Shown: positions 38,349 through 50,934, counted from the first letter of the stretch. The stretch: DNA of 64,000 nucleotides from Mytilus trossulus (GCF_036588685.1 NC_086384.1:44330001-44394000), one strand, 5' to 3'. A program made the numbers and translations. Notes: generated by a model not told the origin, from the sequence alone.

Positions 38349-38704
38349 TGTAACCGGAGAGCACGTATCTACTCTACAAATTCCTATCGTCACCACCGGG
38401 ATTCGAACCCCGGTCGTCTGCGTGACAGTCAGTGCGTTTTTTTTTATCTTTATTATAATCAAACTTCGTATTTACATATCACAGTTCATAATTACACATC
38501 AATGAAAACAATATTATCAATTACTGTCCTTTCTCTGAAAAGAAACATTCAATATTCTACTTTTACAATTCAAATGCGTGAAATATTTTTCACGATACAG
38601 TCAGTGCGTTAATCCACTAAGCCAAAGAATCGATTCCCTAGCTCAGTTGATTAAGACTGGCTATATATGTTCTACCTGTACTAAGGGGAAGCAACCCCGC
38701 TACA
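38349..38704 (-). mobile_element. Short solo LTR (about 184 bp) containing a tRNA-Asp-derived Pol III cassette (Helenus/TRIMp3-like)
   Basis: TGTAACCGG...CCCGCTACA termini and 4-bp flanks ATAT/CTAT. Minus strand has TATATA, A-box TGGCTTAGTGG (38614-24), anticodon loop CTGTCAC and B-box GGTTCGAATCC (38399-409). Confidence 0.6.
38437..38596 (-). mobile_element. 5'-truncated polyA retroposon (L1/Tx1-type 3' end) inserted in the tRNA-like sequence
   Basis: Direct repeats ACAGTCAGTGCG(TT) at 38425 and 38597. Minus-strand AATAAA followed by an A9 tail. Confidence 0.75.
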
Positions 38705-38818
38705 CTATTCCCCCACCACAAGAGTCATCATACAAGTTACAGCGAGGTAATCATTTGATAGTTATAGATTATGAAAATGAATCTTCACTTTTTCATGTTT
38801 TTAATTGTATAAACATAC

Positions 38819-39243
38819 CTTTGTTTAGGTCTTTCTCCATTAGTTTTGCTGTTGTGTTCTTTTCCTCCATTTATACAGCTATATCGGATTTGATAAAACT
38901 GGAGGTCCTCGCTCAATTCCCTTTTAATTCCCCTTTTCCTTGCGGATTCAATTGTTCTTGAATCCCTTTTATAGAATTCGATATTGTTTTGTACTTCATA
39001 CTGTCGAATTCGCGTGTTAAGAGCTGAAAAACTGGAAAATTTATCCCCGACATTAATTCCGCCGTGTTCAGTCATTATCCCAGCATTTCGGTGATCGGGT
39101 TTCACGCTGACCCCTGCTGCTGCTGCAGATAATATTACGTCATACGCGCAAGTATATGATGAATTTGTGACATGCGCATTGAAATGGCCGGACAAATAGT
39201 CTCAGCACTATTTGTCCGGCTAGCCGGACAAATAGCCACTCCG
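38819..39243 (-). mobile_element. MULE/Mutator-like element end with first transposase exon (ZSWIM3/FAR1-like N-terminal domain, 39075-38819)
   Basis: INVGDKFSSFSALNTRIRQYEVQNNIEFYKRDSRTI...LQFYQIRYSCINGG..H.SK..GERPKQR ends at donor AG|GTATGT. The terminus is built of GCCGGACAAATAG direct and inverted subrepeats. Confidence 0.65.
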
Positions 39244-39245
39244 TA

Positions 39246-39526
39246 TAGATTATCGTTGATCATCTCAACGAGATTGATTTTCTCGCTTGAGCTGGTACAG
39301 CGAAAGTGAGAAAAACAATCGAGTTGAGATGACCAATGATAATCTATTTATCGCTATTTTACCTATGACGACGTTGTCAATTTCATCATGTTCATGTTAA
39401 TTTCGTTAGCAACGCCTCGTGGCCTCCTTAGTTTCTAGTGATAATTATTCCATCTCAAGCGAGTATAATGATATGAAAATTATCACAAAAAAAGATCAAA
39501 CGAAAAATGCACAAAATAGCGATAAT
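39246..39526 (+). repeat. Dispersed element with ~95-bp terminal hairpin, copy 2
   Basis: As 8410-8668, plus an inner ttatcgctatttt / aaaatagcgataa inverted repeat. Confidence 0.75.
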
Positions 39527-40104
39527 TAAAATTATTGCGGACCATGTTCTACTTTTTTAATGCGAGTGCTTATGGAAATCTCTGGCTATTTCATAAACTG
39601 GCAAATGAGTGAATGTGTATGAAGAATCCTCGGCTTGAGCTGCATTTAGAATATAATTGGTATGTTAATGGTCATCGAGTACCACAATATCAACCTTGAG
39701 AAAAGGTATTATTGTTTAATAACTTGACATCCCTTGTTTCTATGATATGCGCTATATGGCACAGTCTAATAAAGGTGGACTCGTACAGGGTTGAAACACC
39801 CTCGTTACAAAGCAATACATGGTAACGGTACTGTCCAATAGTGGTATATCCCAATCATCGAGAGGTATATAACCCGCCGTCAGCAGTCTGTCAGGGTCAT
39901 AACCGTGCAAGGGCTGTATAGACAGTCAAGGTCGTTAAAAACTTCCATTTGTTGTTTTCAGGGTCACATTCATCATTGTAATCTGGATCCTTCAACAGTC
40001 ACGTCTCAGTGATTACAGCTGAACGGACGTGCTGGGCCAGCTCTCCCTTACCTGCTATCTTCGATGAGGGTTTACAGTTAGATGATCAACGACATACTAC
40101 TTAA

Positions 40105-40623
40105 GGTAGCAATACACAGTTAGAAGTTTAGTTTCGCATTATGGCCCTGTGAATATCTATCCGTACCGTTCATAGGTCCTTAAATTATTGTAGTGTTTAT
40201 CAACAAAGATTTTGCGCTCGATCTTTTCAATTCAATTTTATGGAAAAACGAGCAGGAAAGCATATGATTTTTTTTGGACCACTTGATAGATATGAACCTA
40301 TGGATTCAGGAAAGGTATCACTGTAATTCATTGAAATTTTCCTTTAGATCAAATTTTGGAGACTTTTGTAACATGTTTACCCCCCTTTTTTGCTATATTT
40401 TGTATCTAAGAAATGCAGATTGTTGCCATGGTTACACCCAAAAGGGATCATATTTCACCCTTATGACCATTAGAAATCAAATATATGGAAGATTTTTTTT
40501 CTACAAGTATATACATGCATAACACACATATAAAGCCTTCTTTGTTAGACAGGAGGGGAAAGAGGGTGTTTAAAAATTATGAGTGTCAATTTTAAGTTTT
40601 TTTCCTAACTGTGTATTGCTACC
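40105..40623. mobile_element. Kolobok/piggyBac-type MITE at a TTAA site
   Basis: TIR GGTAGCAATACACAGTTAG / CTAACTGTGTATTGCTACC, flanks TTAA and TTAT. Confidence 0.75.
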
Positions 40624-41995
40624 TTATGGCATTTGAAAAAGTAAATAATTGACTTTATTTTTAGACATAAATACCACAAAACTATTGATATTTATGTTAT
40701 AGGTACAATTCTAAGGGAGAAACAACCTTTAGTATGACAATATATGTTAGTTTTGTTGTTTATTGTCCTTAGCAACCAATATAGACATTTTGACACAAAG
40801 ATTTGGTTCCGTTATTAATTGATACTTTATTGGCTACCCCTTGGAAAAGAAGATTGCGCGTTATGTACGTATAGAAACCTTAGAAGGGAACGCTTTATAT
40901 TTTTTCATGCGACTGAACTATTTGAGATAGTATTATTGTGAGCCAGTGGGTCTGTTGAGCTAGGAGCTACAGATATATTAGAAAGGGACGTAAACACTAA
41001 CAAACAGTCAAACAAACCGCGGATGGTACTAATTTTGCGTTTAAAAAACTAAACGTACGTAATTGTTGATTTACTTGTTATGGAAAAATATTTTTGGAGT
41101 GATATCCCTTTAAAATCCATGGATGACAAAACTAATTTTTTTTCAAAGTACATTGTGTTAAATCTTAAATTATATATATGTACACCTACATTATAAGATA
41201 TTTTACTTCATAAGAAAATTGCATATTGCTATAATTGTATTTTTAAGAAAAAAAATGTAGTTAGAATTTCAGTTACAAACCTAAGAATCATTATCTTGTC
41301 TGGAACCTTTTATATAGAATTGTCCAGGACATCAATAAAAAGGGCCTTTACAATGTACCATGTGTGGAACTCAAAGTCTAACGAGTTTGGGCGGAATCAC
41401 TATCAGGAGATTTCGGAGGCATAATTTCTTTACTTGGTGGCAGTTGGTACTCATTAGGTCCGGCGCCCCATCAAACCAAAATCATTCAGATATATCCTGC
41501 GGATGGTTACTTTTGGACATTCAGTCACGTTACAAGAGGACGCAAATATTATTTATTTTATTTCAATAAATATTTTAACATGTAAAAATTCGTTAACTGT
41601 TCATTTATTCTTGCATCAAGTTTACTTCAAACTCAACACAGTTATTCTATTTGTAATTGCGATAAAAAATACAAAACTAAACATTTTTTTATGTATGAAG
41701 GCAGGTCGTAAAACTACGACGTTACTTTAGCGGACAGAGTTATATCAGAGTTCCACATAAGACAGATGTTGCGTTCCATAAGACCCGCCCACTGACATCC
41801 GTTTAGAGTAGGCTTATTTGCAACACGACGAGTCCTTCATGTGGAGCAGGATTTACTTTTCCTTCAGCAGTACAGGAGATCACACCTGAGTGGGATTGTG
41901 TTCGAGAGGCTCAGTATTTAGTTTTGTGATTTGTGGACTAATGTTCGACTTATGATCGTTTTTTGTCATTGCTTTGTCCGATTGTTTACTAGTCG

Positions 41996-42249
41996 CATAC
42001 ATGCCAACTGTCACTATTTGCGGGGGATTTCTCCCATGGAGACACAAAATTTTGAAGAAAAAAAAAATTTAGTCCACAATTTTAAACAAAACAAATAATT
42101 TTACAATGGCTATCGGCTTATAATAGTATGAAGAAGCCAAAAAACAACATTAAAATATACTTGAAGGCCCCCTTGAAAGTTTTATAGGACTATAAGATCA
42201 ATCTTGCATGTAAAACCCCCATGGGCATTTTGAAAAGTTGGCAGGTATG
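41996..42249. mobile_element. hAT-like MITE with 6-bp TSD
   Basis: TIR CATACATGCCAAC / GTTGGCAGGTATG with TSD TAGTCG. It interrupts a SINE-like repeat (about 41820-42292). Confidence 0.8.
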
Positions 42250-43414
42250 TAGTCGAAGTTTGAATATCCCATTTGTATCTTTCGCCTCTTTTCTACGTTA
42301 CTCTTTATCAGCTGTATACATATTTGTTGGCCTTATCGTGTTATTTTGGAATGTTTGTTGCTCATATGTGACCAAATGTAATTTAAATGCAAGATACAAC
42401 AAGGGAAAATAACTTTTGATGGTATATATGAGGCAGCTCGAAACAATTTTAGTTACTTCCCTTTCTACGAATTTATAAATTGAAGTAGTATTGCAATAAA
42501 ACTTTGCTCTTTTTCCGTCGAAGTAAATACTGTTCTTCCAGTTGAAATTATATTCCGTAATATTTTTTCTGTGAAAAATATTTAAAAAACCCCAACCAAA
42601 TAAAGGTTTACATTATGAAATCTGATAGTCATGTTATAGTGCAAGTCTTTTGTGAATCAGTTTTCAACATGAGGTTCCCACTTTGTGCTCACAATATGGG
42701 TGTCATAATCCATATTTCTCTTATACGAATATGGGTAAGGTTTGTAAGAACATGGGTAAGGTGTATCAATGTGAAAATGACTCGCAGTTGTATTTCAAAT
42801 AAATTTTACGGTTGCGCGTTTATGCTTTGTTTCAGTTCATCGACGAATACTTTCTTTTTTTCACAAATTATATATATGATTGTCAATCAATCGAAAAAAA
42901 CCTTTTGAAAATATTTTTGAATGGGTGAAACTTTACATAATTTTTATTATTAATATCATTGTAGAGTAATAATCAGTTATTTCAAAGAATTTTTATATTT
43001 TTGAACTACTTCTGTTATAAATTTCAATAAAATTTCAGTAAAGTAGGGGCCGTGTCACAAAATAAAAGTTCCTTCATAATATAAGTTCCAAATGGTAAAT
43101 ATATATTCTGGAATATCATTTTCACTGGAATAAATATTACAGTAAATGTTCCTAACGAAATAAATGGTACAGAGTATTTGTTCCAACAGGAACAACTATT
43201 ATAGCATTGTTTATAACAAAGTTTCCAGTGGAACTTCTGTTAGGCAGGACAAATATACGTTGACAGACGTATTTTCGATCCTAAATTCCTTAAAAAAAAT
43301 CAAAGGGTAGAAAAACCATAACACGTGTCAATCGAAATTTAAAAAAAAAAATCACTTACATCAAGTTTTTTGTTCTTCACGTATACATTAAAACAAAAAC
43401 TAAAATTAATGATA

Positions 43415-43839
43415 CACATCTACTTTTGCATAGGTACTATTTCTGTACTGAAAAAATGAAGTACTGGAAATTTACTTTTAATATTTAGTACTATTTCTTT
43501 ACTTTAAAACGTATTGTAATATTTAGGTACTTGTATTTTACAGTACTTGATTTGTACTAAATATTTTGGTACAGAAATAATACAATATTCCAAGTTTGCA
43601 TAAAAATCATAACTTTAAGAGATTTGAAATAGATAAACTTTTAAAATGCTGAAAATGTAATGGTAGTAACCAAAAATCTGTAGTACCTAAATTTCAAGTA
43701 CAAATAAAGTACTGTAAAATACAGGTACCTAAATATTACAATAATTCTAGGGTAACAAAATAGTACTGAATATCAAAAGTAGATTTCCAGTACTACAATC
43801 TTTTAGTACAGAAATAGTACCCATGCAAAAGTAGCTGTG
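43415..43839. mobile_element. Foldback MITE with CAC..GTG ends and TA TSD (CMC/EnSpm-like)
   Basis: About 160-bp imperfect inverted arms rich in AGTACT/GGTACT subrepeats. Confidence 0.75.
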
Positions 43840-45296
43840 TATGCAAATCCGGTAGCTATATTGAGCTAATTATTACCAGAAAATATGGCCCTGCTGAAAT
43901 TTACACTGCAACAAGGAAAGGGGTATTTTAGTTAGGGAGTTTTCACTTGTAAGAGACTGAACTTTCAATTAACAAAACAAACAAAACAGAATGAATGAAT
44001 GAATAAATATAACTAAATAAATGAATAGATAAATATTGAAGTAAACACGTACTTTCTAGTGATTGCTACGGAGAATCTTAATTGTGCTCTTTATTTTTTT
44101 ATGTCTTTGTCTGCCGTTATATGCACGTGGGAATGTCAAAAGCATTCCTTATACAATTAGTCTTAAAGAACATCAAGAAGAACAGAAGAAAAACACGGCA
44201 TAACATTTGTACCTTGCACAAACAGAGTATTATAAATATTTACCGTTATATACATCTCAATTATCAACCACTAATTATCTTGTCTCTAGTGCTGTTCACG
44301 CTTGACTTGTGCCAAACATATCATATGTACAAACAAAGCATAATCTAATATATAATTTATCGTTATGGATTATTGAGTATTTTATTCAACACATTTGTTC
44401 GATATGACACGATCCAATACATTCGATATGAACTGTACAAGCCATATGTTACCTAATTACATCAATCTCGTGACGTCTTCATCAGATTCGTTTGTGTATT
44501 GAAGTGATAACAGTGAAATCTACATCATAATCATTTTCAGTGAAATCTACATGATAATCAGTTTCTGTCTTTACTTGCCGTACTTATTGAATCTAAATAG
44601 GTGAGTACGTTACTAAATTTATAAATATATTTATAACTATACAAATCCTTGGTTTTAAGAACTCTTGACCTACGTTATATTTTGTCAATCAGAAAGAAAA
44701 TGTTATACAATTTGTCAAATGAAATGTATATCCCAATTTATTAACAAAATATTAATCGTGTTCCTTGAATTTGCACTAGTTATTTAAAGATTAGCAGTAC
44801 GCTGTGAGTATATATTCCGTTACTGTATATTATTTGTCTTCTAAGAAAACTATACGTTGGTATAATTTATAACTTATTTCAATTTATTGATCTGTTGTTA
44901 CAAATTAATGTAAATAAGAAGTTATGTTTATTGATATATCGTAAATACAAGACAAATTTATATAAAAAAGTTTTTTTTTATTTTTATTATTTTTTACTTT
45001 TACAATTAAATGGAAAAAGGGGAAAAAATTCGAAGAATGGCAAGATTTTATTAAAAGGGATACATAGTTATATAATAACTATATCATTTATTTTGCTTGT
45101 TGGCTATCATGTATAAAGATTTATTTCCAACAATTGTTTAAATTATAAAAAGACAACAGGGTTTTCTTTTACCCTGCTTCTTCGATGGGCAATCGGCTTT
45201 TATCAAAATTTGTATTACGTAGTAACATTTTCGGTATAATTTTTTTCTGCGTCAGATGCTCTTTTCGACAATTGTTTTTTTTTTTACATTGATGCT

Positions 45297-46114
45297 CACA
45301 GGCACTTGTCTCAAAAAAAATAATTCCTATATACCTTAATATAACACAAGGTACTTAACTAAATTTTTTGAAAAATGACACCCAGTCCCGAATTCACGTT
45401 ATTTTTTTATTTCTCGGTTGTCAAACCTACTTAAAGTTAATATGCCGTAAATCTAAATTGATTTATCTACACAATGGTATATGACACGACTATCATTGTT
45501 GTCGGGATCATTGGTAGCAGGCCTCAGAAGTCGGTCAACGGGATGTTTTTTGCATTCGTCTCAATTTTTGGCAACACCCAGCCCGCAGTGATTGAATTAT
45601 TATAAAAAAATATTAAAATAAAAACTGTTAGCTTCCCTCTGACTATGAATTATTACCTTTATTGTAAATTCTTTACAGATTATGTGAAACAAACCCAAAT
45701 AACTTTGTTATGAAACACACGTGTACACAACGACACTAATGTAGAGTTATAAATTGACCAAAATTTCCCACATTTATTTTTAGCCAGACGATTGACCAAT
45801 GAGAAACCAGTATAAAATTACATGCGGACCGGGTGTTGCCAAAAATTGAGACGAATGCAAAAAAACATCCCGTTGACCGACTTCTGAGGTCTGCTCCTAA
45901 TGATCCCGACAACAGTGATAGTCGTGTCATATACCATTGTGTAGATAAATCAATTTAGATTTACGGCATATTATGTTTAAGTAGGTTTGAAAACCGAGAA
46001 ATAAAAAAAATGACGTGAATTCGGGACTGGGTGTCTCTTTCTAAAAATTTAGATAAGTACCTTGTGTTATATTAAGGTATATAGGATTTTTTTTTTTTGA
46101 GACAAGTGCCTGTG
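45297..46114. mobile_element. 818-bp MITE with about 283-bp TIRs and 8-bp TSD (hAT or P superfamily)
   Basis: 45297-45579 is the near-perfect reverse complement of 45831-46114. TSD TTGATGCT at 45289 and 46115. Confidence 0.9.
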
Positions 46115-46748
46115 TTGATGCTCGATGCCAAAATAACTGTTACATTGAATTTAAGGGTCTTCGTCGCGGTCCGCGTTGACGTCGTTATGAATTTTATAAA
46201 GATAGACAAACGTTAGGACTTAAAAAAACCCGTTGAAGCACCAAAACAAAACCAAAATATGTGTGTATGTTCGATCCTGATATGCAGTTACATGTGCTAT
46301 GCATAGCCGTAATATAATTTCAGCTTTAAAGTCTATTTGTTTCAAAAATCAGCACCCGGTAAGTAAGATATATTCTGTCTAAAATTAATACTGACATAAA
46401 GGCATTTGTAATCTACATCTGTATGATATGCTAATTAGACGGATAGAGGGAAGGTAAATGCATCATATAGTCAATCATAGAACTTACTATTCAGCATCAA
46501 AGCAACGACATTGTTTACACTCACACACAGCATAAACGCATGTCTATTACATGTACATGCAATAACAAAGATGTACAATGGAGGAAAACGGAGATAATAT
46601 ATAATTAGTGATTATAATCATCTGTACGGGGTGAGCATGTGAAATATCAGTTTGCGAAATAATTAGTTATGGATTAATATCAAGTATAAACTTCTGTTCA
46701 AGCAAATGACAAACCACGGTTTTTAAAAATTGTCGCAAATTTAAAATC

Positions 46749-46858
46749 CAGTGGCGGATCCAAGGGGGGGGGGGGGGGGATTTTTGGGTCGATCAATGCA
46801 TTTGAATGGGGACATGTAGCTGGAACCCCCCGTTTTAAAATGGCTGGATCCGCCCCTG
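46749..46858. mobile_element. hAT5-like MITE, 5-bp TSD AAATC
   Basis: CAGTGGCGGATCC...GGATCCGCCCCTG. Confidence 0.8.
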
Positions 46859-47816
46859 AAATCTATGAATATATAAGAAAAACATTTACGGAAAATGAAC
46901 TGTGACTTACTGAGATGACGTAAGATATCAGAAACAACTACATAGACGCAAATAAAAAAAAAAACCCAAATCAAAATCGCAAGGTAAAGCACAATTTTTT
47001 TAGAATAAAGGCCTTTTGTGTACCCAAGACACGTGAAGGAAGTCAACTTAGGGGGGATGTGATTGGATGTAAGGGTACAATATATTTTTTTATTCATCTA
47101 TGAATAACTGCAGTGTGTAAATTTACAATATAAATTTTAAAACCTATTGAAAATATTTGTGATATTTTCTGGAGAAATATTCGAAAAGGCTTCCAAAATT
47201 TCATAAATTTGGTGCAAAATGACGGTGGGCATGGATAACATAAACAAGCGCCGTTGGAAATTGGTCATGATACTATTTGTCTTCAATTTTTAAAATAGAG
47301 TAATAAAGTACTAACACCACACATAACTGTTTTATCCAGGTTTTTATTATAAAAACTGGTAAATTTAGAAAATGTTAGTATTGTCGCCTATGGCAGAATA
47401 AATAGTACCGTTTTCCCTAAGTACAACCACTGCGGTTTAATTCCAGTGCAGTTAAGTACCAAACTCCGTACAGTCATCGTTTCCGTTCCGGAATTATTTT
47501 CCTTTACTCCATTATTGAAGAGCAGTATGCAGATCCAGCTTTATCTGTCGGGGAGTTTGGTTAAGTACTTAGAGCTAGTCTCAAGTAAAGGCAACCCAAG
47601 GAAATAACGCTTTTTGACACTTTTCTCAAAAGTCTTACAACTAAAGTTAATCTAAAGTTTTGTTGACTTATGAGTATATTTCTGCTTCTAATTTCTTTTG
47701 TAAAACGACAAAAAAGAGTAGTTTAGCATAGTTGTATGAAGGGTTATTTATCGTTCAGAAAGCGTGACACTCCAGTGCATGTTAGTCATGACAGAAAGTC
47801 GCTAAGTTCTATCTTT

Positions 47817-48280
47817 ATGTAATGCGTATATATGAAGTGAACACTTATTGCCAAAAAAATTAGTGACAAGAATGCTGTAAACAACAAAAATGTCATGTGC
47901 ATATGATGTAAAGAAAATGAAGATGTTGATACTTTTTCTGTCACCATGGAGACAACTTATATAAATAAACACCAAAGTGACATCTTAATCAACATCTTGC
48001 AGATGTATTATATAAATGTTCTTTGTCGGTAATGGTGACACCGACTAATTATTAAGTATCTGGAAATCGGTATAACATGAGCATTTTAAGACACGCTAAA
48101 CTCTTTTCTTGGCAAGATCTATTTTCAATATATAAAAATTTAAATCAAAGATTCTCAAAAAAGAGCAGGCTAATGCCGCTACAAGGCAGCACTCGCACTC
48201 GCAAAGTGGAAAGGGATTAATATAAGTTGCAATAACTTGTTTCCAAATCCACTATAAATAAATATAAATATGTTTAAATT
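47817..48280 (+). repeat. Dispersed repeat, copy 2, with a LINE/SINE-like 3' end
   Basis: Homologous to 666-1023 and continues to a gtggaaaggga...tttccaaatccac stem and an A/T-rich tail. Confidence 0.75.
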
Positions 48281-49154
48281 AAGAAAGAAAGAAAAATAAA
48301 CACATAATCATATGAACAACATTAAAGCGGAAAGAGCCTGGACAAGTCGTTTTACAGCGGTGCAGCTCTAGGTTTTCCTTTTGAAAGATCAAAACGTATG
48401 TAAAATCATAGATCAAGTAGTCATCCTAATGCTGTTATTTCTATGGTTGACAATGGCCATATTTAGAGATTAAACTGATTGTTGTGGCTCTTTTCTTTTG
48501 GTGTTCAGTACAGAATTCTAGTTTCACTGCACTATGATTATTGTCTCCACAAGTCATCAGTTCTGAAAAGTAAACAAACAGAAACTTAATTTATCTATAG
48601 GTTCAAAGAATCCGATCCTCTGTTGTTCTCTTCATAGAATTACAAGGACTTGATGAGGAAAACGGAGATCATTTTAGAAATTCATCAGCTACGTTATATC
48701 CTATCTCATCTTTGTCAAAGAGGAAGACAGATACCAGAGGGACATTCAACCTCATAGATCGAAAATAAACCGACAACGACGGCATGGCTAAAAAAGAAAA
48801 AGACTAACAAACAAATAATAATTAACGAGACACAACATAGAAAACTAAAAACTAAGCAGTAACGAACCCCACCAAAAAATGGGGGTGATCTATAAGGTGC
48901 TCCGCAAGGGTGAACAGTGCCTGCTCCACATGTGACACCCGTCGTGTTTCTCTTGTTCATGTAATATGAAACGTTAGCTAAGTGTTACAACTTTATCCAG
49001 AAATTAAAAAAAGTCATACGTACGCGCCCTTGCCTAAAAACCTCATTAAAGAACAATGCTTAAACATTGTGAAATCCCTACAACTAAGGATATCTTTTCT
49101 TGGGGGTAGAAAATTCTTAGTATTTTGACCATTTCAAAGTTTTCTAAACAGTTA

Positions 49155-49523
49155 CATCAGATTTCAGTGAGTATGTAGCTAATGGTAATGTTATATTTCC
49201 TATTTTGCGAATTCGGAATTTCAAAATATATCTATAACATCTAGATGTTATAGATATATTTTGAAATTCCGAATTCGCAAAATAGGAAATATAACAGTAA
49301 TATCTTTGGTTAGCTTGCTTGTTAGCTGAACCGTGAAGTCATTGTTAGGTTAGGTAAACTATCCTCCTTTAATAGTAGACTAGCCCAACAGATAACCAAT
49401 CTAGGACTAAGCTACTTTAAAAGGAGGGATGTTTACCTTACCTAACAATGACTTCACGGTTCAGATAACAAGCAAGCTAACCAAAGATATTACCATTAGC
49501 TACATACTGACTGAAATCTGCTG
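49155..49523. mobile_element. Foldback MITE with TA TSD, hosting a perfect palindrome
   Basis: CATCAGATTTCAGTGAGTATGTAGCTAATGGTAA...TTACCATTAGCTACATACTGACTGAAATCTGCTG, flanked by TA. Confidence 0.8.
49189..49296. mobile_element. Perfect 108-bp palindrome with TGT..ACA ends and 4-bp TSD GTAA
   Basis: Two exact 54-bp arms centred on TCT|AGA, checked base by base. GTAA at 49185-88 and 49297-300. Confidence 0.85.
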
Positions 49524-49545
49524 TAATTAATAATTATGACTATTA

Positions 49546-49814
49546 GGGACCTACCATTTGATTTTTATGGGGGGGGGGGGGGGGGGGGGGGCTAGGATGA
49601 AATTTGAAAAAAAAGGCAGGACAGGAGTTTTGAGTAAAAAAAAAAGGCAGGATGAGCATCTTGGTAAAAAAAAAAAGGCAGGATGACAATTTGGGTAAAA
49701 AAAGTCAGATAAACTAGTAAAAAAAAAGGCAGGACCGAATAGAGTAAAAAATAAAAAGGCAGGACAGAGATTACAACTCAAAAAAAAAAAGCAGGACAAA
49801 ATTTTTCATCCTAG

Positions 49815-49845
<31 letters not shown>

Positions 49846-49862
49846 ATCAAATGGTAGCTCCC
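49546..49862. mobile_element. PIF/Harbinger-type MITE with TTA TSD and internal ~30-bp repeats
   Basis: TIR GGGACCTACCATTTGATTTTTA(G)nCTAGGATGAAA mirrored at the right end. Internal AAAAAAGGCAGGA repeats. Confidence 0.8.
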
Positions 49863-50934
49863 TTAGTATATCAATGATGATTCGTGCCAATACAGAGGTG
49901 CTATAACTAGCTACTGGCTGAACGATTCAGAATGTTTAGAAACATCAAATAAAATATTCCTATGTTTAGACTGAAGTTCATCTTTATGTCGGATGGAACT
50001 ATAATATAAGAACATTATAATAAACTGATATGGATTAAAATACAACCCAACTGTCACTTAAAAAAATGCTTGTAACGGTATACCGATTACTCCAATTTGA
50101 AGAAATTTTCACATCCCCCACTGTTCTCTATGCGAAATGTCTGAATAGCTGTGTGCTTCATAAATGGCAAAGACATACGATAACAACTCTTATTTCAATG
50201 ATTTTTTTTTTGGAAGAGAACCAGGAGAGCCTTATTTTTTCAAATTTATATACCTTTACATCATGCTTCAAGAAAAGCAAATTATTAAACTATTTTAGAT
50301 AACATCATATAAAGGGCAAAATGGACAAGAACTATACCATTTCAATTTTTCTGTATATATATTATTGCATCTTAAACATGTAGTATTAATTTTGATTTTG
50401 ATTTAAGGAACATGAAAATAGCATGTCTTACGAGCATCTTTAAGACGAAAATTTACATTCTCCAAACCTATATAAGCAGTATGCAGTCATAGGATTTAAC
50501 AGGTGTGATTGCAATATAATATTTAGTCATGTCGACACGTAGTACACAAACAAATAATTAAATATATATATTATTAATAAATCTAATATACAATTAAATC
50601 CGCTTAAGGTATAGTACGTTTTTATATACACCTTTACATATTCATTTAATTTGACATAAGCAATATTGTCGACACAACTTAATACATTGTCAGAAAGGTA
50701 TGTTCATATAATTATTTTTTTTATTTCACAATTGTAAAGGTTATAAGCCTTGAGTGTGAAATCACTTTACACAATATTAAGCCCAAACATGCAGGAATAC
50801 AATAAATGCAATATGTAATAACTAAATGCACAGGTATAAGCCGTATTTATGTCTTCTGCATGCATAGTCAATAAAGATCTATAGTATACGTATAGCTTAA
50901 TATCTGAAACATTTGAGTTTTGTTTTATATAAGT

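Larger units (their letters stand above)
38189..38741 (+). mobile_element. Candidate Gypsy 3' LTR hosting nested insertions
   Basis: Starts TGTGAC after a loosely purine-rich tract and may end GTTACA at 38741. There is no 5' LTR in the window to confirm it. Confidence 0.35.

Noticed and set aside
38385-38635. Functional (intron-containing) tRNA-Asp gene
   Set aside because: Acceptor and anticodon stems pair poorly, and the interruption has a TSD and polyA tail, unlike a tRNA intron.
49600-49800. Regularly spaced AAAAGGCAGGA repeats resembling repeat-spacer structure
   Set aside because: Degenerate ~30-bp tandem repeat inside a TIR-bounded MITE.
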